Below, one piece after another: positions 13,805 through 24,276 of a DNA stretch of 64,000 nt (within the stretch, counting starts at the first letter, position 1; every line of letters starts with the position of its first letter). Source of the DNA: an uncultured Clostridia bacterium (GTDB lineage Bacteria; Bacillota; Clostridia; TANB77; CAG-508); the NCBI GenBank assembly GCA_947623465.1, contig CANQGU010000003.1, positions 11,652 through 75,651 on the forward strand, written 5' to 3'. The notes beneath the pieces were generated by a model that had not been told where the DNA came from, did no database searches, and saw only the letters and a program-made list of their open reading frames with translations. Position numbers and translations under genes: made by a program.

Positions 13805-14132
13805 TTTTTTCTCCTTGTATAATAATATTTAAATACTAATTTTTAATATAATTTTTTACTGCAAAAAAGTCAAGCTTTCATTGAAAAAAAGTCAAACTTT
13901 CATTGCAAATTAATCATATTATTCACTGCAATAAAGTCAAGTTTTTATTTCATATTAAATTTTACTAATAATATGTATAAAATATACTTTTTTTCTATTT
14001 TTTGACTTTGAATTTTTTTGCTTTTTATGTTAACATAATTGCGTAAGCATTATTTTTGAGTATCTACTTTAAAAAATTTAATTTTCATAAATATTTTACC
14101 AAACAAACTAGATGTGAAAGGAATGAATTTTT

Positions 14133-14378
14133 ATGATAAATTTCAAAAAAACATTTGATAATTTTGATAAAACAGGATTAAAAATTATGAAAATAGGAAT
14201 TAAAACATGTTTTGTAATTTTACTATTTTCAATATTTTTATTAAGTGTTTATATGTGCTCACATAATCTTTTTTTATACAATTTAGGAATAGTCATTTTG
14301 AAATTAAGTACATATTTTATAGTTGAATTTATAGTTTGTGGAGTTGTTGCAGATAAAATAAAAAAACAGATTGATTAA
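14133..14378 (+). CDS. hypothetical small membrane protein
   Basis: 81 aa ORF with two hydrophobic segments and GAAAGGAATG upstream. Confidence 0.35.
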   Translation: MINFKKTFDNFDKTGLKIMKIGIKTCFVILLFSIFLLSVYMCSHNLFLYNLGIVILKLSTYFIVEFIVCGVVADKIKKQID

Positions 14379-14517
14379 ATTTAAAAGTAAAAATAAAAAG
14401 AGTAGATTAAAACTCTTTCCTAAATGGTAAGCGTTTTTTCTACTCTTTCCCCATAAGCTTATATATTCCCTCTTTATATAAAAATAAAGAAGTTGGCAAA
14501 ATTAAATAATATAATTA

Positions 14518-14766
14518 CTATATAGCATAAATAGCTCCTAATGCAATGCAAAGTACAACAAGAATTATTCCTAAAATAACTGTCCACTTTTTTTGTTTTC
14601 CTTCTTTGGTGTTTGCTTTATTTTTTTCAAAGAAGTTACTTGTTGAATTTCCTGTTATTGTTGCAGATAATCCTGCATCTTCTTTAGATTGTATCATTGC
14701 AAGGATTATTAAAGCTAAACATACTATAAAATAAATTACAATCAATATACCTTTTACTATTTGCAT
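14518..14766 (-). CDS. secG: preprotein translocase subunit SecG
   Basis: 82 aa with two TM segments. The N-terminal half reads ...IILAMIQSKEDAGLSATITG, as in SecG. Confidence 0.7.
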   Translation of the reverse strand: MQIVKGILIVIYFIVCLALIILAMIQSKEDAGLSATITGNSTSNFFEKNKANTKEGKQKKWTVILGIILVVLCIALGAIYAI

Positions 14767-14788
14767 TTATTATTCCTCCTTGATGGAT

Positions 14789-14980
14789 TTATTGTTCATT
14801 TTTATCTTTTTTCTCCACTATTTGTTTTCCATCGTAATATCCACAATTTGAGCATAATGTGTGTGGTAATATTGGTTCTCCACAATTTAAACATTTTGCA
14901 AATTTTGGTGTTTCTAATTTCCATGTTGATCTTTTAGTGTGAGTTCTTGCTTTTGACCATCTTCTTTTTGGTTGTGCCAT
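14789..14980 (-). CDS. rpmF: 50S ribosomal protein L32
   Basis: MAQPKRRWSKARTHTKR plus a CxxC...CxxC zinc knuckle. Confidence 0.85.
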   Translation of the reverse strand: MAQPKRRWSKARTHTKRSTWKLETPKFAKCLNCGEPILPHTLCSNCGYYDGKQIVEKKDKNEQ

Positions 14981-15131
14981 TTATATTCCCTCCTCTTGTT
15001 TATCTGATATGCTTTATATCAATTTTTTTATTACCTTTTTTATATTCATACTTTACGATTATACATTTTTTTTTCGCATTTGTCAACCAATTTATTAAAT
15101 ATTTTTGCTATTTACTGTATTTTTTCTCTAC

Positions 15132-16641
15132 TTACCTATCCATATCGAAGCTTTTATCTTGTTCAACAATATCATTTGTCACCGCTTCATCATTTTGCAA
15201 AATACTTATATTTGGCGTTAGATTATTTTTTACATTATCAACTTTAAGCCCGCTTCTAAAGCTTTCTTTAAAGTTTCTATAATTATTTAACGGCTTTTCA
15301 TATTTTGCTTTTTTCTCTCTTTTATACCTTTGTTCAAATTCTTTTGAATAGCTAGTAGGAACCCAAAAAATATTTTGGTCATTTTCATCATAAATATAAT
15401 CCAAATCTAAAATTACCCAATCACCGCTTCTTTAAAACCTCAACCTCATTATCCTCTTGAAATCCCAAATTTTTATAAAAAACCTCATCTATTCCATCAA
15501 AATACACCTTATTATCTCTAAGCAATCTTCCTACATTTTCCGGTTTTGCATCAGACCATATCATACCATCTTTTCTAACATCTTTATAAACTTGATATAA
15601 TTCTTCTTTACTTACTTCTTGACTAATATCACATAATTCTGCTATTGAAATACTTGACATTTTTTCAATACATTTTCTTTCATCAAAAAACCTAACTAAA
15701 TGTTTAAGAAACCTTTTAGAATTTCTTGGAATTTTATATACTCCCGGCTTATTTCCAACTTTAATTATTTTACTTCCAATAGAATAAACAGTATTATATG
15801 AACCTTCTCCTTTCCATTTTATGTCACATATATTACAATTTTCATTTTTCAAAACATCTTGTAAAAAAATTTTTGTTGTTTCCTCTATTTCTTTTCTTTC
15901 TTGCTCCATATATTTATTTACTTCTAAATTAAGTCTATTAAATCCTAACATTTCCTTTACAACACTATCAATTTTTGTGTTTATTATTTTCTCCATACTA
16001 GTTAAATCTATTTTACAATTTGATAAAAGAGTTAATGTTTTAATAGGTGAATCTGTAAGTTGTATTAAATCTCCCATATATTGATGTAAAATTTTATTAT
16101 CTATTCCGTCTGATATCAATTCTCTTATGTACCAATAAACAACACTTGGAGATAAATTTCCATTTTGAAAAGCATTATTCAAAACTTCCATATATTCATT
16201 TCTCATTTTGCTTTTTATTCTATAGTTATATGCAAATATATTTTCAAAATCTAATTTATTTTTATCAACATTATTATAAAATTGTTCAAATTTACCACTA
16301 AATAAAATTTCAGCATCTTCTAAGTTTGTAATGTAATAATCTATTCTTTTTATTTGATTTTTATTACATTGATTTATTAAATTAATAAAATCTTCCATAT
16401 ATATATTAATTTTTTTTAAAACAAGTCTTTGTAAATAATCTTTTCTTTTGCTAAGATCATTAAAAAATTTCAAAAAATTTGAAATTGACATAATTTTTAA
16501 AAGACTTCCAAAATTTTCTAAAATATAATTTGCTGTATCATCATTTCTATTGTAATTTATTTTATTTAAAGCAACTATTATTGTATCTATATCCATATAA
16601 AATTCTTCTTCAATCATCTTTTTTATTGAAGCGTCAATCAT
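15132..16641 (-). CDS. protein-kinase-like fold protein with a helical N-terminal domain; joined by a +1 shift at CGG 15426..15424
   Basis: Track ORFs 15421..16641 and 15132..15404 are joined: ..EVEVLKK-CGG(TGA in frame 0), and the +1 frame reads GDWVILDLDYIYDEND. The catalytic-loop-like WSDAKPENVG lies before the site and the DxD (DFG-like) ILDLD after it. Confidence 0.55.
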
Positions 16642-16897
16642 TTTTTTCTCCTTCTATGTAATTTTTTCCTTTTATTAAGCTTTATTTTATATTATAAAAC
16701 TTTTTTGTTCTATTTACAAGTATTTATGTAAATTTCTTTTTGAACCTTCTTGTATACCTCAAAAAGTGAAATTTATATGAAGTCTCTTTTATATATGTAA
16801 CTTTTTCTGCTTTTTTACATATACTATGTTTGATAAGATTTTATAACTAAATTTAATATTTTATATATTTTACTTTTTTAAGAAAGGTGGATTTAGT

Positions 16898-18745
16898 ATG
16901 TGTGGAATTGTTGGTTTTGCAAACTTTAGAAAAGAATTGCCAAACAAAAAAGATGTAATAAATGATATGGTTCAAACTTTGTCAAATCGTGGACCTGACG
17001 AAGAAGGTGTTTATTTAAATAAAAATGTTGCACTTGGGCATAAAAGGCTAATTGTTATTGACCCAGATGGTGGAAAACAACCTATGATAGAAAAATATTC
17101 TTTAGGCGAATATGTAATGGTTTATAATGGGCAAATATACAATACAAAGGAACTAGCAGAAGTTTTAACTGAAAATGGTTTTTCTTTTTATGGACATTCC
17201 GATACAGAAGTTCTTTTAAAAAGTTACATACATTTTGGAAAAGATGTTGTTAAATATTTAAATGGAATTTTCGCTTTTGCAATTTGGAACACTAAAACTC
17301 AGGAACTATTTTTAGCAAGAGATCATTTTGGTGTTAAGCCTTTATTTTATACAGAATTTGATGGTGGACTTATTTTTGGTTCTGAGTTAAAAGCTTTATT
17401 TAAATATCCTAATCTTGAAAAAATAATTGATTCACAAGGAATTTCTGAACTTTTCGGTATTGGACCTAGCCATACTCCGGGATTTTCTGTTTATAAAAAT
17501 ATATATGAAATAAAACCTGCTCATTTTGCAGTGTATAATTCTTCTGGACTTCATATTGAAAGATATTGGAAACTAGAAAGTAAGCCTCATTTAGAGGATT
17601 TTGAGGAAACATGTTCACATCTTAAATTTTTAGTTGAAGATGCTATTTCAAGGCAACTCGTTTCTGATATGCCTCTTTGTACATTTTTGTCTGGAGGTCT
17701 TGATTCTAGCATAATTACTAAGTTTACATCAGATTATTTAAAAGAAGAAGGACTCCCTCCACTAGATACTTATTCTGTAGATTATGTGGATAATGACAAA
17801 AATTTTGTTAAGTCTGATTTTCAGCCAAATTCAGATAATTATTATATTGAGCTTATGAATAATTGTACTTATAGCAAACATCATAAAGTAGTTTTGGATA
17901 CTCCTGAACTTGCAAAAGCGTTGGAAAATGCAATGATTGCAAGAGATGTGCCTGGTATGGCTGATGTTGATTCTTCTTTATATTTATTTTGCAAGGAAGT
18001 AAAAAAAGAGAAAACTGTTACTTTAATGGGAGAATGTGCTGATGAAATTTTTGGTGGCTATCCTTGGTTTTTCCGTGAAGATGCCTTAAGTTCCGGAACC
18101 TTTCCTTGGTCTATCGCAATTTCTGAAAGGCAACATCTTTTAAATCCTAATATTGCAAATAAAGTTAATTTGAAAGCTTATATTGATTTTAGGTATAATG
18201 AGAGTTTGTCTAATGTGGAGATTTTAGATAATGATTCTTTCGATACTGCCGAAAAGCGTAAGATTTCTTATCTTACTATGAATTGGTTTATGCAAACTCT
18301 TTTAGATAGGGCTGACCGTATGGGTATGGCAAGCGGTTTGGAGGTTCGTGTTCCTTTTTGCGATTATCGTTTAGCTCAGTATATGTATAATGTTCCTTGG
18401 GAAATGAAGGCTTACAAAGGTCGTGAAAAAGGTCTTCTTAGACATATTATGAAAGATGTATTACCTGAAGAAATTGTAGACAGAAAGAAGTCTCCTTACC
18501 CTAAAACTCATAATCCTACTTATTTAAAGGCTGTTAAACAGTTGCTTACTGATATTATGAAGGATAGTAACGCTCCTATTAATTTCTTGCTTAATAGGGA
18601 TTATATTTTGGATATTTTGAATTCTGATGGTTCTGCTTTTTCTAGACCTTGGTTTGGTCAATTGATGACTGGTCCTCAACTTATGGCGTACCTTTGCCAA
18701 GTAAATATGTGGCTTGAAATGTATCAGCCTAAGATTGAGATGTAA
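16898..18745 (+). CDS. asnB: asparagine synthase (glutamine-hydrolysing)
   Basis: MCGIVGF N-terminal nucleophile and the SGGLDSS PP-loop. 615 aa with no in-frame CGG. Confidence 0.9.
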   Translation: MCGIVGFANFRKELPNKKDVINDMVQTLSNRGPDEEGVYLNKNVALGHKRLIVIDPDGGKQPMIEKYSLGEYVMVYNGQIYNTKELAEVLTENGFSFYGHSDTEVLLKSYIHFGKDVVKYLNGIFAFAIWNTKTQELFLARDHFGVKPLFYTEFDGGLIFGSELKALFKYPNLEKIIDSQGISELFGIGPSHTPGFSVYKNIYEIKPAHFAVYNSSGLHIERYWKLESKPHLEDFEETCSHLKFLVEDAISRQLVSDMPLCTFLSGGLDSSIITKFTSDYLKEEGLPPLDTYSVDYVDNDKNFVKSDFQPNSDNYYIELMNNCTYSKHHKVVLDTPELAKALENAMIARDVPGMADVDSSLYLFCKEVKKEKTVTLMGECADEIFGGYPWFFREDALSSGTFPWSIAISERQHLLNPNIANKVNLKAYIDFRYNESLSNVEILDNDSFDTAEKRKISYLTMNWFMQTLLDRADRMGMASGLEVRVPFCDYRLAQYMYNVPWEMKAYKGREKGLLRHIMKDVLPEEIVDRKKSPYPKTHNPTYLKAVKQLLTDIMKDSNAPINFLLNRDYILDILNSDGSAFSRPWFGQLMTGPQLMAYLCQVNMWLEMYQPKIEM

Positions 18746-18753
18746 AACTCAAA

Positions 18754-18790
18754 ACTTGAAGTGACAGATTGGCACCTCAAGTTTTTTTCA
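18754..18790 (+). terminator. intrinsic terminator of asnB
   Basis: Stem CTTGAAGTG/CACCTCAAG followed by T7. Confidence 0.7.
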
Positions 18791-19045
18791 TTTTTTGAAC
18801 TGGTCTCAATTTGCGACCAGTTATTTCCTCTACCGTTTTTGTTTAAGGTCACAAATTGTCACCTTAAACATTTATATTACCCTTAAAGTTAAGAAAAAAC
18901 TAGATGCTACCGTACATCTAGTCCTCTCAAACATCTAATGAATATTTTTTGTTTACTTAATTAAGTTAAATATAGTATACTACTTTTTTTTAGTATATGT
19001 CAATCATTTTTATATAATTTTGTATATTCCTATTTTTCAAACATT

Positions 19046-19303
19046 TTACTGTGCTAACATTGTTTCAATTTCAGAAAATGCTTCATCTATTGAGCATACT
19101 TTTTCATTATCAGTATCTTTTATTCCTTCTTCTAATTTTTTTCTTAAATCTTTTTTATCCTTTATGATAAAATCTTGAGATTCATTATTGACAACATCTG
19201 TATATTTTAAATATTCTATAAATTCTATAACTTTATTTAAAAATTCTTCTGGTAATGTTTCTATCATATTATATAATTCTTGTTGTTTAATAGTCATACC
19301 CAA
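19046..19303 (-). CDS. hypothetical small acidic protein (antitoxin-like)
   Basis: 85 aa ORF. No motif that I can name with certainty. Confidence 0.3.
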   Translation of the reverse strand: MGMTIKQQELYNMIETLPEEFLNKVIEFIEYLKYTDVVNNESQDFIIKDKKDLRKKLEEGIKDTDNEKVCSIDEAFSEIETMLAQ

Positions 19304-19450
19304 CCTCCACTCTCTGTTTTATATAATATAACATATATAATTTAAAATTTATACAGTTTTTATAATTTTTTTAATTATTTTATTATCCACTAAGTAAAAA
19401 TTATAGTATATTTATATATATTTGACATATGTAAAAAAGTAGTATACTTA

Positions 19451-19765
19451 TTAGTTTGAATATACAATCTCTCCATATTCTAAAATATCATCTAAAAATC
19501 CACTTGTATCTTCTCCATCAATCAATAATATAGGTTCAATATCTGTTGATATATTTCTTCTTAATTTAAATAATTTTGCCATATCATCAATTATATCTTT
19601 TGATATACTGCTCCTTGGTACTACTACTGCAACATCTATGTCACTATCTTTTCTTGCATTTCCTCTTGCATAAGAACCATACAAAATTATTTTATTTACA
19701 ATCATATTTGCAACTACTAATTTACTATATTCTTTTACTAGTTGTTTAACTTTTTCTTTATCCAT
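19451..19765 (-). CDS. nucleotidyltransferase (MNT-type, minimal NTase)
   Basis: ILYGSYARGNARKDSDIDVAVVV motif. Overlaps the upstream HEPN gene. Confidence 0.75.
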   Translation of the reverse strand: MDKEKVKQLVKEYSKLVVANMIVNKIILYGSYARGNARKDSDIDVAVVVPRSSISKDIIDDMAKLFKLRRNISTDIEPILLIDGEDTSGFLDDILEYGEIVYSN

Positions 19766-20241
19766 AATATAAATTCCTCCGTTTCCTTTATAATTTTTTT
19801 ACATCTATCATTGCTTAATGCTTCATATAATTCTTGTTTCTGAGTAGGATATCTTGCCTCTATGTTTAAAGGTGATATAAGATCTAAAAAGTCTTTTTGT
19901 TCTTCACTCATTAAATTATATAAATTGCCTTCTTCAGCTAATCTTATTAGTTTATGAGTATATGGTGGTTGTTTTCCGTTTGTTTTTACATAATAAGCTT
20001 TAAATATTTTTTCTATTGCTTGATTACACATAAATCCTACATACAAATATCTTTTACTTTTTAACATTGCTTTTGCTGTTTCTAAATCATAATCAGCTAC
20101 TTCTATCCAATATTCTATTTTATCAAAATCTCCTATTTTAATCTCCTCCATTCTATTTATATCATAAGCATAATTATACATTTTTTCAGTATTCTTCATA
20201 TAAATCACGTCTATTATATTTACACATCTAGTATAACACAT
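19738..20241 (-). CDS. HEPN domain protein (partner of the MNT); start uncertain, probably the ATG at 20199
   Basis: HEPN-like helical protein (AKAMLKSKRYLYVGFMCNQAIEKIFKAYY) in an operon with the NTase. Confidence 0.65.
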   Translation of the reverse strand: MCYTRCVNIIDVIYMKNTEKMYNYAYDINRMEEIKIGDFDKIEYWIEVADYDLETAKAMLKSKRYLYVGFMCNQAIEKIFKAYYVKTNGKQPPYTHKLIRLAEEGNLYNLMSEEQKDFLDLISPLNIEARYPTQKQELYEALSNDRCKKIIKETEEFILWIKKKLNN

Positions 20242-20444
20242 ATTTTATTTTTTTTCCATACATATTAAAAATAATTCTGTCCTGTAAATTTATATTTATA
20301 GATAATTATATTTTATAATAAAAATGTGTCAACCTTTTTGTAAAATTTGTTAATTTTATTAAAATTCGTGATTTGCCATTTTCGAGCTTTCCTTAGATCC
20401 CCTAACAAAACCCACATGTGTCATTTTATGGCAGGCGACGACAC

Positions 20445-20521
20445 GGTCCTCAACTTATGGCATACCTTTGCTAGGTTAACATATGGCTTGAAATGTATCA
20501 GCCTAAGATTGAGATGTAAAA
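20445..20521 (+). repeat. duplicated copy of the asnB 3' end (compare 18671..18747)
   Basis: Near-identical 77 nt including the stop codon, followed by the same type of hairpin. Confidence 0.8.
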
Positions 20522-20599
20522 TACAAAACTTGAAGTCACAATTTGTGATTTCAAGTTTTATATATTTATTTTAAGATCGCAAATTGCGACCTTAAAGAT

Positions 20600-21556
20600 T
20601 TATATTGTGCCTTCTATTTGCTTTATATATTCAATATCTTCTATCTTTGAAATTGCAAAACACTTCTTTCCTAAATCTTTTAATGATGCTCCTATATGAT
20701 ATAAATCTTTATTATCTATGACTATAAATCTATCATGAAATTTGTTTGTATAAGATAATTTTAAACTTGGATATTGTGAATTAAATTTTTGTATATCTAA
20801 CTTTTTTATATTACTATTTGAAGATGTTAATATTACTACTTCTACATCTTTATTTTTCTTTGCTAGCATTTTTAAAATACTATCATCTATATAGTTATCT
20901 ATAATTAGAATTTTGTTTTGGGCAGTCTTTATAATATCTATTATTAAACTATAGGCATCATAGATTTGTCCATCAAAAAATATTTTTTGTTTGAATTCTT
21001 CTTGGTTTTGTTTTTGTAATGCATCAAAAATAAGATTAAATTTTTCATCATGACTTAACAGTCTTGCATCTTGTTCTAATAATTTATCTTTTATAGTATT
21101 TATTTCTTGAAAGACTTGTCCATTTGATAATATAAATTTTCTCATTTCTACAAAAGCATCCATAATGTTAATACTTACTTGAATAGCAATTTCATTTTTT
21201 AGTAATCCTGAAAGCATCGCTATTCCTTGCTCTGTAAATACGTATGGCAAATATCTTCTTCCTCCATAGTTTTCTTTTTCCAAACTTGAGGTTGCAATTT
21301 GCAACCTCAAGTTTTTTGTCTCAATTTCTGTTAATTGAAAACAAAAATTTTCTGGGAATCTCTCCTTATTTCTTCTTACTGCAAGATTAATATATTTTGT
21401 TTCATAATGATATAGCATTGCCACATCACTATCTAACATTACTTGTTTTCCTCTTATAGTATAAATTAAGTTCTTGATATTTTCTGTTGTATAATCTACC
21501 ATATTTGTTCCATCTTTTGTTACTATTAAACTATTATCTTGTTCTATAATAATCAC
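20600..21556 (-). CDS. ORF6N/KilA-N-type DNA-binding protein with a C-terminal nuclease-like region
   Basis: IRGKQVMLDSDVAMLY...FPENFCFQLT...NLRLQIATSS...GGRRYLPYVFTEQG pattern. Confidence 0.65.
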   Translation of the reverse strand: MIIIEQDNSLIVTKDGTNMVDYTTENIKNLIYTIRGKQVMLDSDVAMLYHYETKYINLAVRRNKERFPENFCFQLTEIETKNLRLQIATSSLEKENYGGRRYLPYVFTEQGIAMLSGLLKNEIAIQVSINIMDAFVEMRKFILSNGQVFQEINTIKDKLLEQDARLLSHDEKFNLIFDALQKQNQEEFKQKIFFDGQIYDAYSLIIDIIKTAQNKILIIDNYIDDSILKMLAKKNKDVEVVILTSSNSNIKKLDIQKFNSQYPSLKLSYTNKFHDRFIVIDNKDLYHIGASLKDLGKKCFAISKIEDIEYIKQIEGTI

Positions 21557-21834
21557 TCCTCTCGTTGTTTTTTATTATAGAACATTTGTTTTTATTTGTC
21601 AATAGATAATTACATTTTATAATGAAAATGTGTCAATCTACGACACTTTCCTCAGTTTATGGCTTATCTTTTCCAAGTACATATGTGGCTGTGGTTCCAT
21701 TTTGGAACCACATTTTATTAATTTTAATGGTAAACACAAAACTTGAGGTCACAAATTGTGACCTCAAGTTTTTTATATTTATTTTAAGGTTGCAACTTGC
21801 AACCTTAAAGATTTATATTAAGCAAAACTATTTA

Positions 21835-22290
21835 TTAAAAATACAAAAAATCACTATTGTCATAAAAAATTCCATTTTCTATTTCTTGTAAAACCTTTTC
21901 CATTTTTTTATCCATATTTTTCGGTAATTCTTTAAGATTAAACCATTCTAATTTTTCACATTTAGCAGGTTCGCCTATTTTTAAATTACCTTTATATTTT
22001 TCAGTGCCTATAACAAACTTTAAACAATTTCCCTTATAATGATGTAAAATATGTTTTATCTTTAAATCTTCTCTTTCTAGTTCAATATTCAATTCTTCTT
22101 TCGCTTCTCTTATCATAGCATTAATTATGTCTTCACCAGCATCAACATGTCCTCCAGGTAATTCGTAATTGCCATCGTTATATCCTGTATTCTTTCTTAA
22201 AGCTAGCAAAATTTCTTCTTTACCGTTCTCTTTGTTAATTTTTTTTAATAATAAATCAACTATTATCCTGCTTTGATATCTTTCTTCCAT
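21835..22290 (-). CDS. NUDIX hydrolase
   Basis: Nudix box GGHVDAGEDIINAMIREAKEELNI. Confidence 0.8.
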   Translation of the reverse strand: MEERYQSRIIVDLLLKKINKENGKEEILLALRKNTGYNDGNYELPGGHVDAGEDIINAMIREAKEELNIELEREDLKIKHILHHYKGNCLKFVIGTEKYKGNLKIGEPAKCEKLEWFNLKELPKNMDKKMEKVLQEIENGIFYDNSDFLYF

Positions 22291-22303
22291 AAATAATACC
22301 TCT

Positions 22304-23431
22304 TTATTTCAAGTTTTCTACATTTAAATTTTTTAATTCTTCTAATACAAATTTTCCATCTTTCATTATTAGTGTATTATCAAAATAAATTTCTCCACCA
22401 CCAAATTCTTTTCTTAATATTTTTACTATATCCCAATGAATTGCTGACCTATTTCCATTATCACTTTCTTCTAATGCCATTCCCGGAGTTAAGTGAAAAC
22501 TACCATTTATTTTTTCATCAAATAATGTATCACATATAGTATTATTAATATATGGATTTAATCCAAATGCAAATTCACCAATATATCTAGCTCCATCATC
22601 TGTATCAAGAATATCATTTAGTTCTTTACAATTTTCTTTAGAAGTTGCCTTTACTATTTTTCCATTTATAAAATCAAACCTTATATTTTCAAATATTATA
22701 TCATTATATTTTGTTTTAGTATTATATGTAATGTAACCATTAACACTATTCTTTACTGGACATGATGCAACTTCACCATCTGGTATGTTAAATGTACCAT
22801 AATATTTTTCAGCAGGAATTCCTTTTATGCTAAATGTTAAATCTGTTTCAGGTGCAATAATATGCACTTTGTCAGTCTTACACATTAGATTTTTTAATGG
22901 TTCCATCGCAATTTTCATTTTATTATAATCAAAATTGCAAACATTATAATAAAAATCTTTAAATTCATTTAATGTCATATTACTTTTTTTAGCAAAATAT
23001 TCATTTGGGTATCTTAAAATACACCATTTGGTATGTTTAACTCTTTGTTCTAAGTGTACTAGCGCAGTATAGTATTTGTTATAGATTTCTATTTTTTCTT
23101 GAGGAACTCCCTCTAAACTTTTATCTGATTTTGGTGCACTTATTCCTATGTATGCCTGCATTTTTTTCATTGTTTCATAATCTTTTTTTCCATATTCTAC
23201 TATATCTTCTTTCGTTGCATTTATTAAAAAATTTCTTAAGTTTTGATAATTAATTATATTTAAATGTGGTTTTGCATTTATTTCTTTAGCTTGTTTTATA
23301 ATTTCATTTGCTAGCTCTATTCCATCTTCTCCACTTACTTCTACTAATATATTATCATCTTTTTTTAATGAAATTGAATTGTGTATAAGATTATGTGCTA
23401 GTTTTATATTTCTACTATCCATTATTTTCAC
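22304..23431 (-). CDS. aminopeptidase, M29 (AmpS/PepS) family
   Basis: 375 aa. FHLTPGMA...SAIHWDIV C-terminal signature. Confidence 0.7.
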   Translation of the reverse strand: MKIMDSRNIKLAHNLIHNSISLKKDDNILVEVSGEDGIELANEIIKQAKEINAKPHLNIINYQNLRNFLINATKEDIVEYGKKDYETMKKMQAYIGISAPKSDKSLEGVPQEKIEIYNKYYTALVHLEQRVKHTKWCILRYPNEYFAKKSNMTLNEFKDFYYNVCNFDYNKMKIAMEPLKNLMCKTDKVHIIAPETDLTFSIKGIPAEKYYGTFNIPDGEVASCPVKNSVNGYITYNTKTKYNDIIFENIRFDFINGKIVKATSKENCKELNDILDTDDGARYIGEFAFGLNPYINNTICDTLFDEKINGSFHLTPGMALEESDNGNRSAIHWDIVKILRKEFGGGEIYFDNTLIMKDGKFVLEELKNLNVENLK

Positions 23432-23494
23432 TCCATTTGTTATTTAAATTTTTAAACCGGTCGCTAAAAAAGTAACCGGTTATTTGTCTTATAT

Positions 23495-23902
23495 TTAAAT
23501 ATCTTTAAAATTATTTTTTATGTATAATTCTACAAGTTGTATCATTTCCTTTGCAGTATCTATTTGCTCTTGTGTATTTTCTGCTTTAACAATAAATTCA
23601 TCATCATAATCTGAATCTTCTCTTACTTGTGAAGCTTTTGAAATTCTCCTTCCCATACTTTTTGGAAAAATTTCCGTATTTACATAGTTTTTATTAAAAT
23701 ATGCTTGTATATCTTTATGTCTTTTAAAATCAATCGGTTCTAATGCTAGAACTGCTTTTATTGCATGAAATATTGCATAATAAGCTCTGTTGTTAGCTGA
23801 CTTATATCTTTTCTTATTAAAAAGTAATTCTGCATCTTCTAATTCTTCTTTTGCTTGTTCTAATCTATGATTACTTAATTCTATCGATATTCTTGCGCTC
23901 AT
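23495..23902 (-). CDS. HEPN domain protein
   Basis: RAYYAIFHAIKAVLA... helical HEPN pattern. Has a 4-nt overlap with the upstream NTase. Confidence 0.7.
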   Translation of the reverse strand: MSARISIELSNHRLEQAKEELEDAELLFNKKRYKSANNRAYYAIFHAIKAVLALEPIDFKRHKDIQAYFNKNYVNTEIFPKSMGRRISKASQVREDSDYDDEFIVKAENTQEQIDTAKEMIQLVELYIKNNFKDI

Positions 23903-24276
23903 TTAAGTACAACTCCTTCCTTTTGCACATTCATATAAAATGGCAATGCTTCTAGCCAATAATTGAATTTATCTATATTTTTAACTAAAGGAGATAAAGC
24001 AAATTCAAAATTATTGTCCCACTCCATGTCATACGCATAATCCCATATTTTTTCACGATACTCTACAATTTCATCATCTGTTAAATCTGTTAAAATCATA
24101 ATATCTATATCTGAACTTTTTCTAAAATCTCCTCTTGCATAAGAACCATATAATATTATCTTTTTTACTCTATCACCTAGTATTTTATTAACTCCTTCAA
24201 CAAATTGTTGTAATATTAAATTTATTTTTTTTGGTATCTTCTTTTTCATATTTTTCACCTCTTTTATGATTACCAT
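23899..24276 (-). CDS. nucleotidyltransferase (MNT-type)
   Basis: ILYGSYARGDFRKSSDIDIMILTD motif. Confidence 0.75.
   Translation of the reverse strand: MVIIKEVKNMKKKIPKKINLILQQFVEGVNKILGDRVKKIILYGSYARGDFRKSSDIDIMILTDLTDDEIVEYREKIWDYAYDMEWDNNFEFALSPLVKNIDKFNYWLEALPFYMNVQKEGVVLK

Noticed and set aside
23455-23490. AACCGGT...ACCGGTT stem between the aminopeptidase and HEPN genes as a terminator
   Set aside because: It is a short 7-bp stem with a 13-nt loop and no U tract on the relevant strand, so the support is insufficient.
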